Source: Syntrophorhabdaceae bacterium (GTDB lineage: Bacteria; Desulfobacterota; Syntrophorhabdia; Syntrophorhabdales; Syntrophorhabdaceae). From it: a stretch of DNA of 64,000 nt. The notes under the pieces were generated by a model. That model did not search any database. It saw only the letters and a list, made by a program, of their open reading frames with translations, and was not told the origin of the DNA. Every line of letters starts with the position of its first letter. Position 1 is the first letter of the stretch. Location of the stretch: positions 1,280,001 to 1,344,000 of the forward strand of contig OY762209.1 of assembly GCA_963665295.1 (NCBI GenBank), in the 5' to 3' direction. Below, piece after piece: positions 19,874 through 30,419 of this stretch. The translations under genes were made by a program, and so were the position numbers.

Positions 19874-21526
19874 ATGAAAAAGCCCCTTTCCGTAAGCAGC
19901 TATCTCATCGACCGCCTCTACGCCCACGGCGTACGCCATATCTTCGGCGTCCCCGGCGACTACGTGCTCGGTTTTTACAGGGAACTGGACCGCAGCGACC
20001 TCATGATAATCAATACAAGCGACGAACAGGGCGCGGGGTTCGCGGCGGACGCCTATGCGAGGGTAAACGGCCTGGGAGCGGTCTGCATCACCTACTCCGT
20101 GGGGGGCCTGAAGGTGGTCAATTCAACGGCCCAGGCATATGCGGAGAAGTCCCCCGTTGTAGTGATCAGCGGTGCGCCGGGAAGAGATGAACGGGTAGGC
20201 AAAGTCCTCCTCCACCACCGGGTCCGCGACTTCGACACGCAACTCAAGATTTTCGAGCAGATCACGGTCGCGTCAACGGTGATCGACGACCCCGAGACCG
20301 CGTGCCGCGAGATCGACCGCGTGCTGGACGCCGCCCTGCGACACAAGAGACCCGTATATATCGAGTTGCCCCGTGACATGATCCAAACCCCCGTGACCCT
20401 TCGCCGGTCGGCGTGCGTGGAGCCCGCGGCGTCCTCCCCCGCGGAATTGAAGGAGGCCCTGAACGAGGCGGTTCATATCATCAACCGGGCAAAGAAACCG
20501 GTAATCATCGCGGGCGTGGAGCTTCACCGGTTCGGGCTGCAGGACGGTCTTATGCGCCTTCTTGAAAACACCGGCATTCCCGTGGCAGCGACCCTTCTCA
20601 GCAAATCCGTCATCAGGGAGAACCACCCCCTCTACCTGGGGGTATACGAGGGCGCCATGGGACGGGAGGAAGTGAGAAGATACGTGGAGTCGTGCGATTG
20701 CCTGATCCTCCTTGGGGCCCTCATGACCGATATCGATCTCGGGATATTCACGGCGCGCCTCGAACAGGGCCGCTCCATCGCCGCCACGAGCGAAAAGCTG
20801 CTGATCCATTACCACGCCTATGAGGGCGTGGGGGTCGAGGATTTTCTTCTTGGCCTTTTGAAGGCGGATATCCGCCGCAGGGAGGTCTCGGATATGCCGC
20901 ACCCCCTTCCGCCCGAGCGGCCCTCTCCCGTCAAGGGGAAGCCGGTAACCGTGAAGTACCTCTTCCAATGCCTGAACGCCTTCCTGGATGAGACCACGGT
21001 GGTGGTGGCCGACACGGGGGACGCCCTTTTCGCCGCCGCCGATATGACCATACTCAGCGAAACGGAGTTTCTTTCCCCCGCATATTACACCTCCCTGGGT
21101 TTTGCCATACCCGCGAGCCTTGGGGTCCAAATGGCGAAGCCCCACCTCCGCCCCCTGGTGCTGGTGGGAGACGGCGCGTTCCAGATGACGGGTATGGAAT
21201 TGGGCGTCATCGCCAGGTTCAACCTCAACCCCATAGTGATAGTCCTCGACAACCGGGGTTATGGGACGGAGCGGCCCATGCTGGACGGCAGCTTTAACGA
21301 TATCCCCTTCTGGGACTACAGCCGCATTCCGGAGGTCCTCAACGCGGGAAGGGGATTCGACGTCACCACAGAGGACCGGCTGGAAGAGGCGCTCCGGGAG
21401 GCAAAGGCCTACACGTCCGGTTTCTCGATCCTCGACGTCCACCTGGACCCCGAAGACCGGTCTCTCGCCCTGGAGCGCCTCTCTTACGCCCTGGGTGCGC
21501 GGGTTAAGCCGAAGTTCCCCCTGTGA
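19874..21526 (+). CDS. ThDP-dependent alpha-keto acid decarboxylase (indolepyruvate/pyruvate decarboxylase family); last five residues supplied by the IS
   Basis: FGVPGDY, FAADAYAR, LLHH and GDGAFQMT...DNRGYGTER. TTGACA-N17-AAGAAT promoter at about 19754. Confidence 0.93.
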   Translation: MKKPLSVSSYLIDRLYAHGVRHIFGVPGDYVLGFYRELDRSDLMIINTSDEQGAGFAADAYARVNGLGAVCITYSVGGLKVVNSTAQAYAEKSPVVVISGAPGRDERVGKVLLHHRVRDFDTQLKIFEQITVASTVIDDPETACREIDRVLDAALRHKRPVYIELPRDMIQTPVTLRRSACVEPAASSPAELKEALNEAVHIINRAKKPVIIAGVELHRFGLQDGLMRLLENTGIPVAATLLSKSVIRENHPLYLGVYEGAMGREEVRRYVESCDCLILLGALMTDIDLGIFTARLEQGRSIAATSEKLLIHYHAYEGVGVEDFLLGLLKADIRRREVSDMPHPLPPERPSPVKGKPVTVKYLFQCLNAFLDETTVVVADTGDALFAAADMTILSETEFLSPAYYTSLGFAIPASLGVQMAKPHLRPLVLVGDGAFQMTGMELGVIARFNLNPIVIVLDNRGYGTERPMLDGSFNDIPFWDYSRIPEVLNAGRGFDVTTEDRLEEALREAKAYTSGFSILDVHLDPEDRSLALERLSYALGARVKPKFPL

Positions 21527-23429
21527 AATCCCCCCAATATCACTCTATCCCGTTGAAATGACGGGAATAGGGTGATAATCATATCTTCTACTTGTTGCCA
21601 TGTAATAGTGCATTATGTACTTGACATGTAGGTAAGCTATTTGCTATATATGTTCCATGTACATCGAAAGCATCCCCAACCGCAACTCCCGGCCCGCCAT
21701 CCTCTTGAGGGAGGCATGGAGGGAAGGCAAAAAGATAAAGAAGAAGACAGTCGCAAACCTCACTGATTGGCCGGAAGAGAAGATCGAGCTCTTGAGGCGT
21801 GTATTGAAAGGGGAGTCTCTCGTCTCTCCGAAGGAAGCCTTTAAGGTTGAGCAGTCTCTCCCCCACGGCCATGTGGAGGCCATACTCGGGACAATAAAGA
21901 AGCTTGGCCTTGATACGGTCATTGCCTCGAAGCCTGGAAGGGAGAGAGACCTCGTAATCGCCATGATCGTGGAACGCCTCATCCACCCCTCATCGAAATT
22001 AGCAACTACGAGGCTCTGGCATACTACTTCGGTGGCGGAGGAACTCTCGGTTGCAGATGCCGATGAGGACGAACTCTATGATGCCCTGGACTGGCTTTTG
22101 GCAAGACAGGAGCGGATCGAGAAGAAGCTGGCGAATAAGCACCTTACCGAGGGCTCGCTCGTGCTCTACGATGTGACGAGCAGTTACTACGAGGGCCACA
22201 CCTGTCCCCTTGCGCAGTTCGGCCATGACCGGGATGAAAAGGGAAAGAGGATCATCGTCTATGGAGTACTCACCGATCACGAAGGCCGACCTGTTGCAGT
22301 TACCGTCTATCCGGGGAATACGGGCGATCCCTCTACCATTCCCGACCAGACGGCAAAGCTCAAAGAAAGATTCGGTCTCGATCACCTCGTCCTCGTGGGC
22401 GACAGGGGCATGCTTACGGAGACACAGATTACAAAGATAAAGGAGATGCCCGGCATAGGGTGGATATCGGCCCTCAGGTCTTCCGCCATACGCGAGCTTG
22501 TGGGACAGGGGAGCATCCAGATGTCCCTCTTCGATACCCAGGACTTTGTGGAAATCACCTCTCCCGAGTATCCGGGGGAAAGGCTCATCGCTTGCTTCAA
22601 CCCCCTTCTTGCCGAAGAGAGAAAGAGGAAAAGAAACGCGCTCCTCGATGTGACGGAAAAGAAGTTGTCCTCCATTGTACGGGCGGTCGGGAGAAGGACA
22701 AGGACGCCTCTTTCCGCAGCGGAGATAGGGAAGAAAGTCGGCGCGGTAGTCAACGATCACAAGATGGCGAAGCACTTTATCCTTACCATCGGAGACGGGT
22801 CCTTCTCATTCGCCCGGAACGAGGAGTCAATCACCGAAGAAGAAGCCCTCGACGGGATCTATGTGATCCGTACGAGTGAACCAGCCCTTCCTCCCGCCGA
22901 TGTGGTACGGAACTACAAGAACCTTGCCCGGGTAGAGCGGGCCTTCAGGACCTTGAAGGGCATCGATCTTCTCGTCCGTCCCATTCACCACCGTACCGAG
23001 GATCACGTGCGAGCCCACATCTTTCTCTGCACCCTCGCCTATTACGTAGAGTGGCATATGAGGGAGGCCCTTACGCCGCTGCTCTTCGACGATGAGGAGC
23101 TTCCCCTCTCACGAACGACGAGAGACCCGGTAAAGCCCGCGGAGTCATCTTCTTCCGCAAAGAAAAAGAAGACCACCAAGCTCACCCCTGACGGCCTTCC
23201 CGTCCAGAGCTTCCGTACCCTCCTTGCCGCACTGGGGACCCGATGCAAAAACCGGTGCAGGATGGTTTTGGACTCCATGGCCCCGGCCTTCACCCTTCTT
23301 ACTGATCCGACACCTCTCCAGGCCCGCGCCCTTGCCCTCCTCGGACTGTAGCCAGTAACGGGAAATCAATTTCTGCCATAATCATTGGAATATCAAGGTG
23401 ATGGGTTAATATTGGGCGGGGAACTTCGG
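21509..23429 (+). mobile_element. Complete IS1634-family insertion sequence
   Basis: Perfect 12-bp TIRs CCGAAGTTCCCC (21509-21520) and GGGGAACTTCGG (23418-23429). A 6-bp direct repeat GTTAAG flanks both ends (21503-21508, 23430-23435). Confidence 0.95.
21657..23351 (+). CDS. IS1634 family DDE transposase
   Basis: LYDVTSSYYEG, VGDRGM, YKNLARVERAFRTLK and VRAHIFLC. Confidence 0.95.
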   Translation: MYIESIPNRNSRPAILLREAWREGKKIKKKTVANLTDWPEEKIELLRRVLKGESLVSPKEAFKVEQSLPHGHVEAILGTIKKLGLDTVIASKPGRERDLVIAMIVERLIHPSSKLATTRLWHTTSVAEELSVADADEDELYDALDWLLARQERIEKKLANKHLTEGSLVLYDVTSSYYEGHTCPLAQFGHDRDEKGKRIIVYGVLTDHEGRPVAVTVYPGNTGDPSTIPDQTAKLKERFGLDHLVLVGDRGMLTETQITKIKEMPGIGWISALRSSAIRELVGQGSIQMSLFDTQDFVEITSPEYPGERLIACFNPLLAEERKRKRNALLDVTEKKLSSIVRAVGRRTRTPLSAAEIGKKVGAVVNDHKMAKHFILTIGDGSFSFARNEESITEEEALDGIYVIRTSEPALPPADVVRNYKNLARVERAFRTLKGIDLLVRPIHHRTEDHVRAHIFLCTLAYYVEWHMREALTPLLFDDEELPLSRTTRDPVKPAESSSSAKKKKTTKLTPDGLPVQSFRTLLAALGTRCKNRCRMVLDSMAPAFTLLTDPTPLQARALALLGL

Positions 23430-23628
23430 GTTAAGGCAAAGCTCAGGAAGTGAAGCCTTCCGCCCCGCGCGACCCGGGGGCCGCCTCGACCGGTCCCGCA
23501 GGGAGGTGCATCTCCCTCTTAAGACATTATTCCGGGGGACGATAATAGGAGTGTAGCAGAAAGGTCAGGGCACAAAGAAGTGCTTCCTGTTTCCACGCCG
23601 ACGTGAAACGTCAATTGAGGAGTACATC

Positions 23629-25251
23629 ATGTTCGACAGCAGGAAGTCTCAGGGCGCCATCTTTGACCGCCTTGCCCGACGCGCGGGGGCAGCCGCCTTC
23701 AGCGTTGCGGCGCTTGTTTTTCTGATCATCCTTTTTTCCGCATACCTCATCTTCGGGATCTCTTCCTTCGCGGAATACCCCCTTGCCATGGTCGTGGGGG
23801 TTATCGCGGCGGCCAGCCTGTTGCTGGGCGTCGCCGCGCGTTTTGCCGCAGGGAGGTTTCTCCGGCCCCTGGGCCTCGTTGCTGCCGGGCTTGTCAAGGC
23901 TGCGAAGGGAGACCTTACCGCGGATTTCTCCGGTTCAAAGGGCGGCATCGGGCCCCTTGTGGGCAATATACATGAGATGGTGCACGCCTTCAGGGCCATT
24001 GTGGAGAGGATCATCGTCACCACCATAGGCAACGTGGTCACCTTCGGCGAAGAATTCAAAAACATGGTTACAGGGGCCGCCGACGCCTCCGTCACCCAGT
24101 CGAACCAGGCGGCGGCCATTGCGGCCGCGGCGCACCAGATGAGCGTTGCCGCCGAAACGGTGAGACGGAACGCGGAAGGAGCGCGGTCCACCACGGAAAA
24201 GGCGATGAAAGCGGCCCGGGAGGGAACGGTCCTTGCCTCCGAAACGGCCGATATCCTCCACACGGTAGGATCGACGAACAGCAAGCTTGCCCTTCACGTG
24301 GAAGGGCTCCATGCGCGGGTCAAGGAGATCGAGGAGATTGTGGGGGTTATCAAGGAAATTGCCGACCAGACGAATCTCCTCGCCCTCAACGCGGCCATCG
24401 AGGCCGCGCGGGCGGGCAATGAAGGAAGGGGGTTTTCCGTGGTTGCCGACGAAGTGAGACGTCTCGCGGAAAGGACCATCGAGGCCACGGACGAAATATC
24501 GGAGCGGGTGAGCCGGGTGAGGCAGGAGTCGGTGACGACAAAGGAATCGATGGACGAATCGGTCACCACCGTCACGAGGCTGCACGAGCGGGCCTCCGGC
24601 CTCGGCGCGTCGCTCACCTCCATCTTCGAGTCGGTAAGCAAGGTGAATGAGGGTATCGTTTTTGTCACGGAATCGATGAGGGAACAGTCCGAGACATCCG
24701 CCCAGGTGGCCGAATCCATCGAAAACATTGCGGTGACCTCATCTCAACTGAAGGAGATGTCTCTCGCGGTACACAAAAGGACTGTTGAGTTCGAGGGGAA
24801 CGCGGATCACATGCTGGAGCTTGTGGGCGCTTTCAGGATCGACCTCCACAGGGATGCGGAGCGCTTTGTGGAAACCCTCGCCGCGAGCCCTGAACTCCTC
24901 TCCCTCGATCCGGGTAGAATGGAGCGGTACCTCACCGACGGATTAAAGACCCATCCGTGGGTCGAATTGCTCTATGTGACCGACGCCAAAGGGCGGCAGT
25001 TGACGGGCAACGTAGCGGCGTCGCGGATCGACCGGACCGTGCAGGGTAAAGACTGGTCAAGGCGGCCCTGGTTCGTGGAGCCCGCGAAGACCGGCAAACC
25101 CTACCTCTCGGGGCTCTACCGATCCGTGGCGACCAACGATTACTGCTTTACCGCGGCAACCCCGGTCTACCGGGAGCACACAATAGCCGGTGTCATTGCG
25201 GCGGACATAAACTTCAAGGCCCTTTCGTCAACGGGCTCCGGCAAAAGATGA
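23629..25251 (+). CDS. Methyl-accepting chemotaxis protein with C-terminal Cache-like domain
   Basis: Two TM helices, [24 protein letters not shown] hairpin, and C-terminal [23 protein letters not shown]. Confidence 0.92.
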   Translation: MFDSRKSQGAIFDRLARRAGAAAFSVAALVFLIILFSAYLIFGISSFAEYPLAMVVGVIAAASLLLGVAARFAAGRFLRPLGLVAAGLVKAAKGDLTADFSGSKGGIGPLVGNIHEMVHAFRAIVERIIVTTIGNVVTFGEEFKNMVTGAADASVTQSNQAAAIAAAAHQMSVAAETVRRNAEGARSTTEKAMKAAREGTVLASETADILHTVGSTNSKLALHVEGLHARVKEIEEIVGVIKEIADQTNLLALNAAIEAARAGNEGRGFSVVADEVRRLAERTIEATDEISERVSRVRQESVTTKESMDESVTTVTRLHERASGLGASLTSIFESVSKVNEGIVFVTESMREQSETSAQVAESIENIAVTSSQLKEMSLAVHKRTVEFEGNADHMLELVGAFRIDLHRDAERFVETLAASPELLSLDPGRMERYLTDGLKTHPWVELLYVTDAKGRQLTGNVAASRIDRTVQGKDWSRRPWFVEPAKTGKPYLSGLYRSVATNDYCFTAATPVYREHTIAGVIAADINFKALSSTGSGKR

Positions 25252-25355
25252 CAAGGACATGGGAGCGGTTTGATTGACAAAGGTTCGCGGTGAATCGGTC
25301 GCGGTCCGTCGGATTTTCGTTGCAATCAGCGAGGAATGGGCGTAATTAATGAGAT

Positions 25356-26150
25356 ATGAGGTATTGGGAAGGAGTGCCCACGGTGTGTAAAGCCGCGTTT
25401 CGCGCCTTGCCCCCAGGGACCCATGGCCGGCCGGTGCGCGGGCTGTTCGTCCTGATATGCCTCCTCCTTGCCGCTTCCGTGTGCCTTGATGCGCAGGCCT
25501 CACAGCCGGTGGAGAAAACCCTCACGGGCTGCGTGATAGACGGGCAATTTTACCACATCGCCTTTGACGGGGACGGCAAGAGGCCGGTCCGGGCTTACCG
25601 GATAAGGTTGAGGGACGGAACGGCGCTTGCGCCCTATGAGGGGAAGACCATCACGGTGGGCGGTATGCTCCTGCCCGGGGATGCCTTCCGCCTGAAGGCC
25701 GGGACAGGACCGGTGGTCGAAAGCAGGACCTGCAGTGAAAGTTTCCGCAAGGTGATCAACAAGGAATTCATCACCGGTTACGTGGTCGAGGCGCATAAGG
25801 CGGCCCGAAGGAAGGCCTTCGACGAGGCCCTGGCCCTCACCGGCAAGGCCCTCGAAATGGACCCGGGCTATTGTGAGACCTATATCGACAGGGCATACAT
25901 TCACTACCTCAGGAACGACCCGGATGCGGGAAGACGGGACCTGAGGGTCGTCATGGACCGCCGGTGCCCCGACCGGGAGGGCCTCAATTTTCTCATCATG
26001 GGAGACGTAGGGAAGATCCTCGTGCGGCAGGGTAAGATTGCCGAGGCCCTGGAGCTTTACCGTATGTCCCTTGAGGCCTGCCGTTCAGGCCTTTGCAGAG
26101 ATGCGGTCAACAAGGACATACGAAGCCTGAAGAATCCGTCGCCGAAATAA
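25356..26150 (+). CDS. Exported TPR-repeat protein
   Basis: Hydrophobic signal segment, then TPR-like ALEMDPGYCETYIDRA and ALELYRMSL. Start uncertain. Confidence 0.7.
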   Translation: MRYWEGVPTVCKAAFRALPPGTHGRPVRGLFVLICLLLAASVCLDAQASQPVEKTLTGCVIDGQFYHIAFDGDGKRPVRAYRIRLRDGTALAPYEGKTITVGGMLLPGDAFRLKAGTGPVVESRTCSESFRKVINKEFITGYVVEAHKAARRKAFDEALALTGKALEMDPGYCETYIDRAYIHYLRNDPDAGRRDLRVVMDRRCPDREGLNFLIMGDVGKILVRQGKIAEALELYRMSLEACRSGLCRDAVNKDIRSLKNPSPK

Positions 26151-26258
26151 GGTCCGACGTCCAGCCCGATGTCACGGCTCCATCGATGCCCTGCCGCACC
26201 TCAGTCCCTCCGGTGCGGTGCGGCAGAAATAATCGCGGAAATATTGTATATTTATAGG

Positions 26259-28628
26259 ATGATCGAGAAACCGGCAGGACCGGGCAGCGGACAGGGTGAG
26301 GGGGAAGAGGGACTGAAAAGGTGCCGGGACCACGTCAAAGAAACAGAAGATCAAGGCGCGTCCGAGCTGAAGGCCATCAATGAACTGCTTAAGGAGGAGA
26401 TAGAAGAGCGCAGGTGGGCGGAGGAGTCCCTGAAGGAGAGTGAGGAAAAATACAGGGCCCTTATCGAGACAACGGATACGGGATTCGTAATCCTCAAACG
26501 TGACGGGACCGTGGTGGATGGGAACGCGGAATTTGTTCGCCTCACCGGCAACAGGACCCTCGAGGAAATACAGGGCCGGAACGTCATTGAATGGACCGCT
26601 CCCCATGACGCCGCGCGAAACGCGCAGGCAGTGGCAAGCTGCTTCGAGCGCGGCTTCATAAGGAACCTCGAAATCGATTACATGGATTCGCGCGGATCGA
26701 TTGTGCCCGTGGAGGTTAACGCCACTGTTATCGGGACCGGGGACGAGGAGAGGATTGTCTCCCTGTGCCGTGACATCACCGGGCGGAGGCAGACGGAAGA
26801 GGCCCTCAAAGAGAGTGAACGGCGTTACAGGGAACTTGCCGATTCTTTGCCGCAGATAGTGGCGGAGTTCGACACGAAAGGTAATTTTACCTTTGTGAAC
26901 CGGAATGCCTTTGCTGCTTTCGGATATACACCGGAGGACCTTGAAAAAGGCTTCAACGTTCTCCAGACGGTCATGCCTCACGACCAACAGAGGGCCAGGG
27001 AATCCCTCGCACGGGCGGCCCGCGGGGAGACTCTCATGGGAAATGAATATGACCTGAGAAGGAAAGACGGCAGTTCATTTCCTGCGATCGCATATACGAA
27101 CCCCGTTTCCCGCCACGGCAAGGTAGTGGGACACAGGTCCATACTCATCGATATCACCGACCGTAAGCGCGGAGAAGAGGCGCTCCGTCTTACCGAGGCC
27201 AGGTACAGGACGCTTCTGGAACACATCAGGGACGGCGTTTTCATCCTGGACACAGAGGGGCGTTTCACCTATGTGAACGATGTCCTGCTGGAGAGGTCCG
27301 GCCATCCGAGGGAGTGGTTCATGGGCAGAAAGTTCTCCGCCGTGGTGGGGAAACGATCCAAGGCCCTCGCCCGGAAGAATTTCCGGTCGGACATACGGGG
27401 GAACATCGCGCCTCCCTATGAGATCGCCCTTGCGTACCCCAACGCGTCCGGACACGAGTTCTGGATAGAGGTGAACAGGAGGGCGTTGTACGAGGGTGAC
27501 CGCATCGTGGGTATCCTCGGGACTTCACGGGACATTACGAAGCGCAAATATGCCGAGGCGGCCCTCAAAGAGAGCGAAGAGCGGTACCGCAGCATCTTTG
27601 AAAGCTCACCCCTGGGTATATTCCAGTCCACCTGTGACGGCAAGTTTATCAGGGTGAACCCCGCCCTTGCGCGCTTGCTGGGATACGGGTCCCCCCGTGA
27701 GGTGATCGAATCCGTGCATGATATAGCCGCCCGGATTTATGTGGAGCCGAAACAGGGGACTGCCATTCTCAGGAAGATGATGGAGAGTGACGGACAGATA
27801 ATGTCGGAAAACGAGTATCGCCGCAAAGACGGCCGCAAATGGATAGGCCACCTCACCCTTAGCGCAGTCCGTGACGTGAACGGCATCCCTCACCACCTGG
27901 ACGGAATAGTCGAGGATGTGACCGCAAAGAGGGCAATGGAAGAGAGGCTTCAAAGCACCATGGGGTACATGAGGACCCTCTCACACCGCCTTCTTGAGAT
28001 CCAGGAGGCCGAACGGCGCTACGTGGCCCGCGAGCTTCACGACGAAATGGGACAGACCCTCACGGCCCTCAAGATCAGCCTCAAACGGGCGGAACGCTCT
28101 ATGGCCCCGGGGTCGAAAACGACGCTCCACGAAAGCGTGCAGATGGTGGAGGGACTCATGAGGCAGGTGCGGAACCTGTCCATCGAACTTCGCCCTTCCA
28201 TCCTGGACGATTTCGGCCTCACCGCCGCCCTGGAGTGGTATATCAACCGGCTGTCGGCCAAAACAGGGCTCAAGATCCTGTTTCAATCGGGGTTAAAGGA
28301 AGAGCGGTTTTCACCCCTCCTCGAACTTACGTGTTTTCGGATAACCCAGGAGGCCCTGACCAATGTTGTCCGCCATTCCAAGGCAAAGAACGTGCGCGTC
28401 GAACTCGAAAGGCGCGAAGGGAACCTCCATCTCACGGTCCGGGATGACGGTAGCGGCTTCAACGTGGACAAGACCAGCAGAAGGTCCCAGAAGGGGGAGA
28501 GTTTCGGCCTCCTGGGGATGCACGAGAGGGCTTCCCTCGCAGGGGGAAACCTGGAACTGAGGTCGGAACCCGGCCGGGGCACGGTAGTCCATGCCACTTT
28601 CTCCCTTGGACCTGCCACGGAAGAGTGA
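26259..28628 (+). CDS. Multi-PAS sensor histidine kinase (HisKA_3/NarX type)
   Basis: Four PAS/PAC repeats (SEE.YR...DIT.R), ARELHDEMGQ, QEALTNVVRH, DDGSGF and FGLLGM. Confidence 0.95.
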   Translation: MIEKPAGPGSGQGEGEEGLKRCRDHVKETEDQGASELKAINELLKEEIEERRWAEESLKESEEKYRALIETTDTGFVILKRDGTVVDGNAEFVRLTGNRTLEEIQGRNVIEWTAPHDAARNAQAVASCFERGFIRNLEIDYMDSRGSIVPVEVNATVIGTGDEERIVSLCRDITGRRQTEEALKESERRYRELADSLPQIVAEFDTKGNFTFVNRNAFAAFGYTPEDLEKGFNVLQTVMPHDQQRARESLARAARGETLMGNEYDLRRKDGSSFPAIAYTNPVSRHGKVVGHRSILIDITDRKRGEEALRLTEARYRTLLEHIRDGVFILDTEGRFTYVNDVLLERSGHPREWFMGRKFSAVVGKRSKALARKNFRSDIRGNIAPPYEIALAYPNASGHEFWIEVNRRALYEGDRIVGILGTSRDITKRKYAEAALKESEERYRSIFESSPLGIFQSTCDGKFIRVNPALARLLGYGSPREVIESVHDIAARIYVEPKQGTAILRKMMESDGQIMSENEYRRKDGRKWIGHLTLSAVRDVNGIPHHLDGIVEDVTAKRAMEERLQSTMGYMRTLSHRLLEIQEAERRYVARELHDEMGQTLTALKISLKRAERSMAPGSKTTLHESVQMVEGLMRQVRNLSIELRPSILDDFGLTAALEWYINRLSAKTGLKILFQSGLKEERFSPLLELTCFRITQEALTNVVRHSKAKNVRVELERREGNLHLTVRDDGSGFNVDKTSRRSQKGESFGLLGMHERASLAGGNLELRSEPGRGTVVHATFSLGPATEE

Positions 28629-28699
28629 AATCGAAGCGATTCGTTCTGGCCGTTGCCCGACAAAAATGATAGTATCCTTGAATAATGAGGAGGGCGCAT

Positions 28700-29380
28700 A
28701 TGAAGGCAAGAGAAGTCACGAAAAACGTATATATTGTGGGAAGCTCCGACATCTCCGATTCGCGGGACTGCTCCGTCTACCTTGTGGACCTGGGCGATCT
28801 GGTGCTCATCGACGCGGGAGCGGGTCCCGGCGTGGACAGGATCATCGCCAACATCAAGGCCCTTGGTTTTGATCCCGCCGCGATATCGACCCTTATCCTC
28901 ACCCACTGCCATATCGACCACGTGGGGGGAGCGCAAATGATTAAGGAAAAGTACGGACCCCAGATCGTGATGCACGACCTCGACGCCCGTATCGTCGAGC
29001 GGGGAGACAACAGGATGACCGCAGCTTTCTATTACAACATAGACTTCAAGCCCCTGCCCGTGGATATAAAATTTACAGGGGAGGAAGAGCACCTCTTCGT
29101 GTGTGACCAGGATATGGTCTGTCTCCATACTCCCGGCCACACCCCCGGATCGATGTCGGTCTATCTCGATGTCGGGGGAAAGAGGGTTCTCTTCGGTCAG
29201 GACATTCACGGCCCCTTCATGAAGGACTTCGGGTCGGACATGAAGGCATGGCGCGCGTCCATGGCGAAGCTTCTGGCCCTCAAGGCGGACGTGCTCTGCG
29301 AAGGGCACTTCGGGGTCTACGAGCCGAACAGCAAGGTTACGGGCTACATAGAACGCTACATCGAGGAATACGAGGACTGA
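28700..29380 (+). CDS. MBL-fold metallo-hydrolase
   Basis: LIDAG, THCHIDH, TPGHTPG and CEGH. Confidence 0.92.
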   Translation: MKAREVTKNVYIVGSSDISDSRDCSVYLVDLGDLVLIDAGAGPGVDRIIANIKALGFDPAAISTLILTHCHIDHVGGAQMIKEKYGPQIVMHDLDARIVERGDNRMTAAFYYNIDFKPLPVDIKFTGEEEHLFVCDQDMVCLHTPGHTPGSMSVYLDVGGKRVLFGQDIHGPFMKDFGSDMKAWRASMAKLLALKADVLCEGHFGVYEPNSKVTGYIERYIEEYED

Positions 29381-29384
29381 CGCC

Positions 29385-29906
29385 ATGACACAGGAAGGCT
29401 TCATTACCGCCTTCGGAGGCATTACGCCGTCCATCCACCCCGAGGCGTACGTGGACATGTCCGCAAGGGTGATCGGGGACGTGTCCGTGGGGGCCGGGGC
29501 GAGCATATGGCCCCAGGCGGTAATCCGGGCCGACAGCGCGTCCGTCCGGATAGGGGAGCGCGCCGTGGTGCTGGACCTCGCCCTGGTCGAGGCCCCGGAA
29601 GGATGCCCCGCGCTGGTGGAAGACGGGGCCCTGGTGAGCCACGGAGCCATCATCCACGGGGCTTCCGTGTTGAAGGGCGCCCTCGTGGGGATCGGCGCCA
29701 TAATCCTCGACGGGGCGGTCATTTCTTCCGGCTCCATAATCGCGGCAGGGAGCCTCGTAAGCCCCCGCACGAAAATCCCCCCGAATTCCCTCGTCATGGG
29801 GGTCCCGGGAAAGATAATCCGGGAGACCACGCCCGGGGAGCGCGAAAACGTCGCCGCCCAGGTGGAGGAACTCTTCGGAAAGTCCCGCATCTACAAGAAG
29901 CCGTAA
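29385..29906 (+). CDS. Gamma-carbonic anhydrase/CaiE-like hexapeptide repeat protein
   Basis: VIGDVSVG, VIRAD, VSHGAIIHG and LVMGVPGK. Confidence 0.88.
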   Translation: MTQEGFITAFGGITPSIHPEAYVDMSARVIGDVSVGAGASIWPQAVIRADSASVRIGERAVVLDLALVEAPEGCPALVEDGALVSHGAIIHGASVLKGALVGIGAIILDGAVISSGSIIAAGSLVSPRTKIPPNSLVMGVPGKIIRETTPGERENVAAQVEELFGKSRIYKKP

Positions 29907-30127
29907 CGCAGCCTGCCGCCCCTCTTTACGTATCAGCCTAATAGAGTATCTCTGATACCCTCACTCCAATCCCCGCCCGGCTCTGTACGCACGGAGTGGT
30001 ATACCGCCCTCTTTCAAGACAAAAGAGATGATATATTACCGTATGGCATCTACTATTGACATATGGGTGTATGTGGTGATAATTAGTATTTAATACAACC
30101 TTACCAACGTGAGAAAGGAGTAATATA

Positions 30128-30325
30128 ATGGAAGAGATTGCAAAAGTAACGATCGAGGAATTCAAGAAGGAATCGGATGGTTCGTGGGTCTGCGTCAAGA
30201 ATGCAGATATAACTACCAAGTCGGGACGGATAATCAGGGTATCCCCTCGCACCACTTTTAAGAAAGGTTTCATACTTTCCGGACTTGACGTCGCAAGCGC
30301 ACTTGACGAAGTGATCGGGCAGTAA
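30128..30325 (+). CDS. Small hypothetical protein
   Basis: AAGGAG RBS and TTGACA-N16-GATAAT promoter at 30056-30083. Confidence 0.7.
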   Translation: MEEIAKVTIEEFKKESDGSWVCVKNADITTKSGRIIRVSPRTTFKKGFILSGLDVASALDEVIGQ

Positions 30326-30419
30326 GGAGAGCGTGGTGCGCTGAGCCCCGGAGTGCCGCGGCCCCGTTGCGACGGAAGGTCAGGGCGGAAAGAGAGGCGT
30401 GGAACCGGGCTGACCGGCC

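Noticed and set aside
23490..23620. Hairpins upstream of the chemoreceptor as a riboswitch
   Set aside because: Only short stems are present and no known aptamer consensus was recognised.
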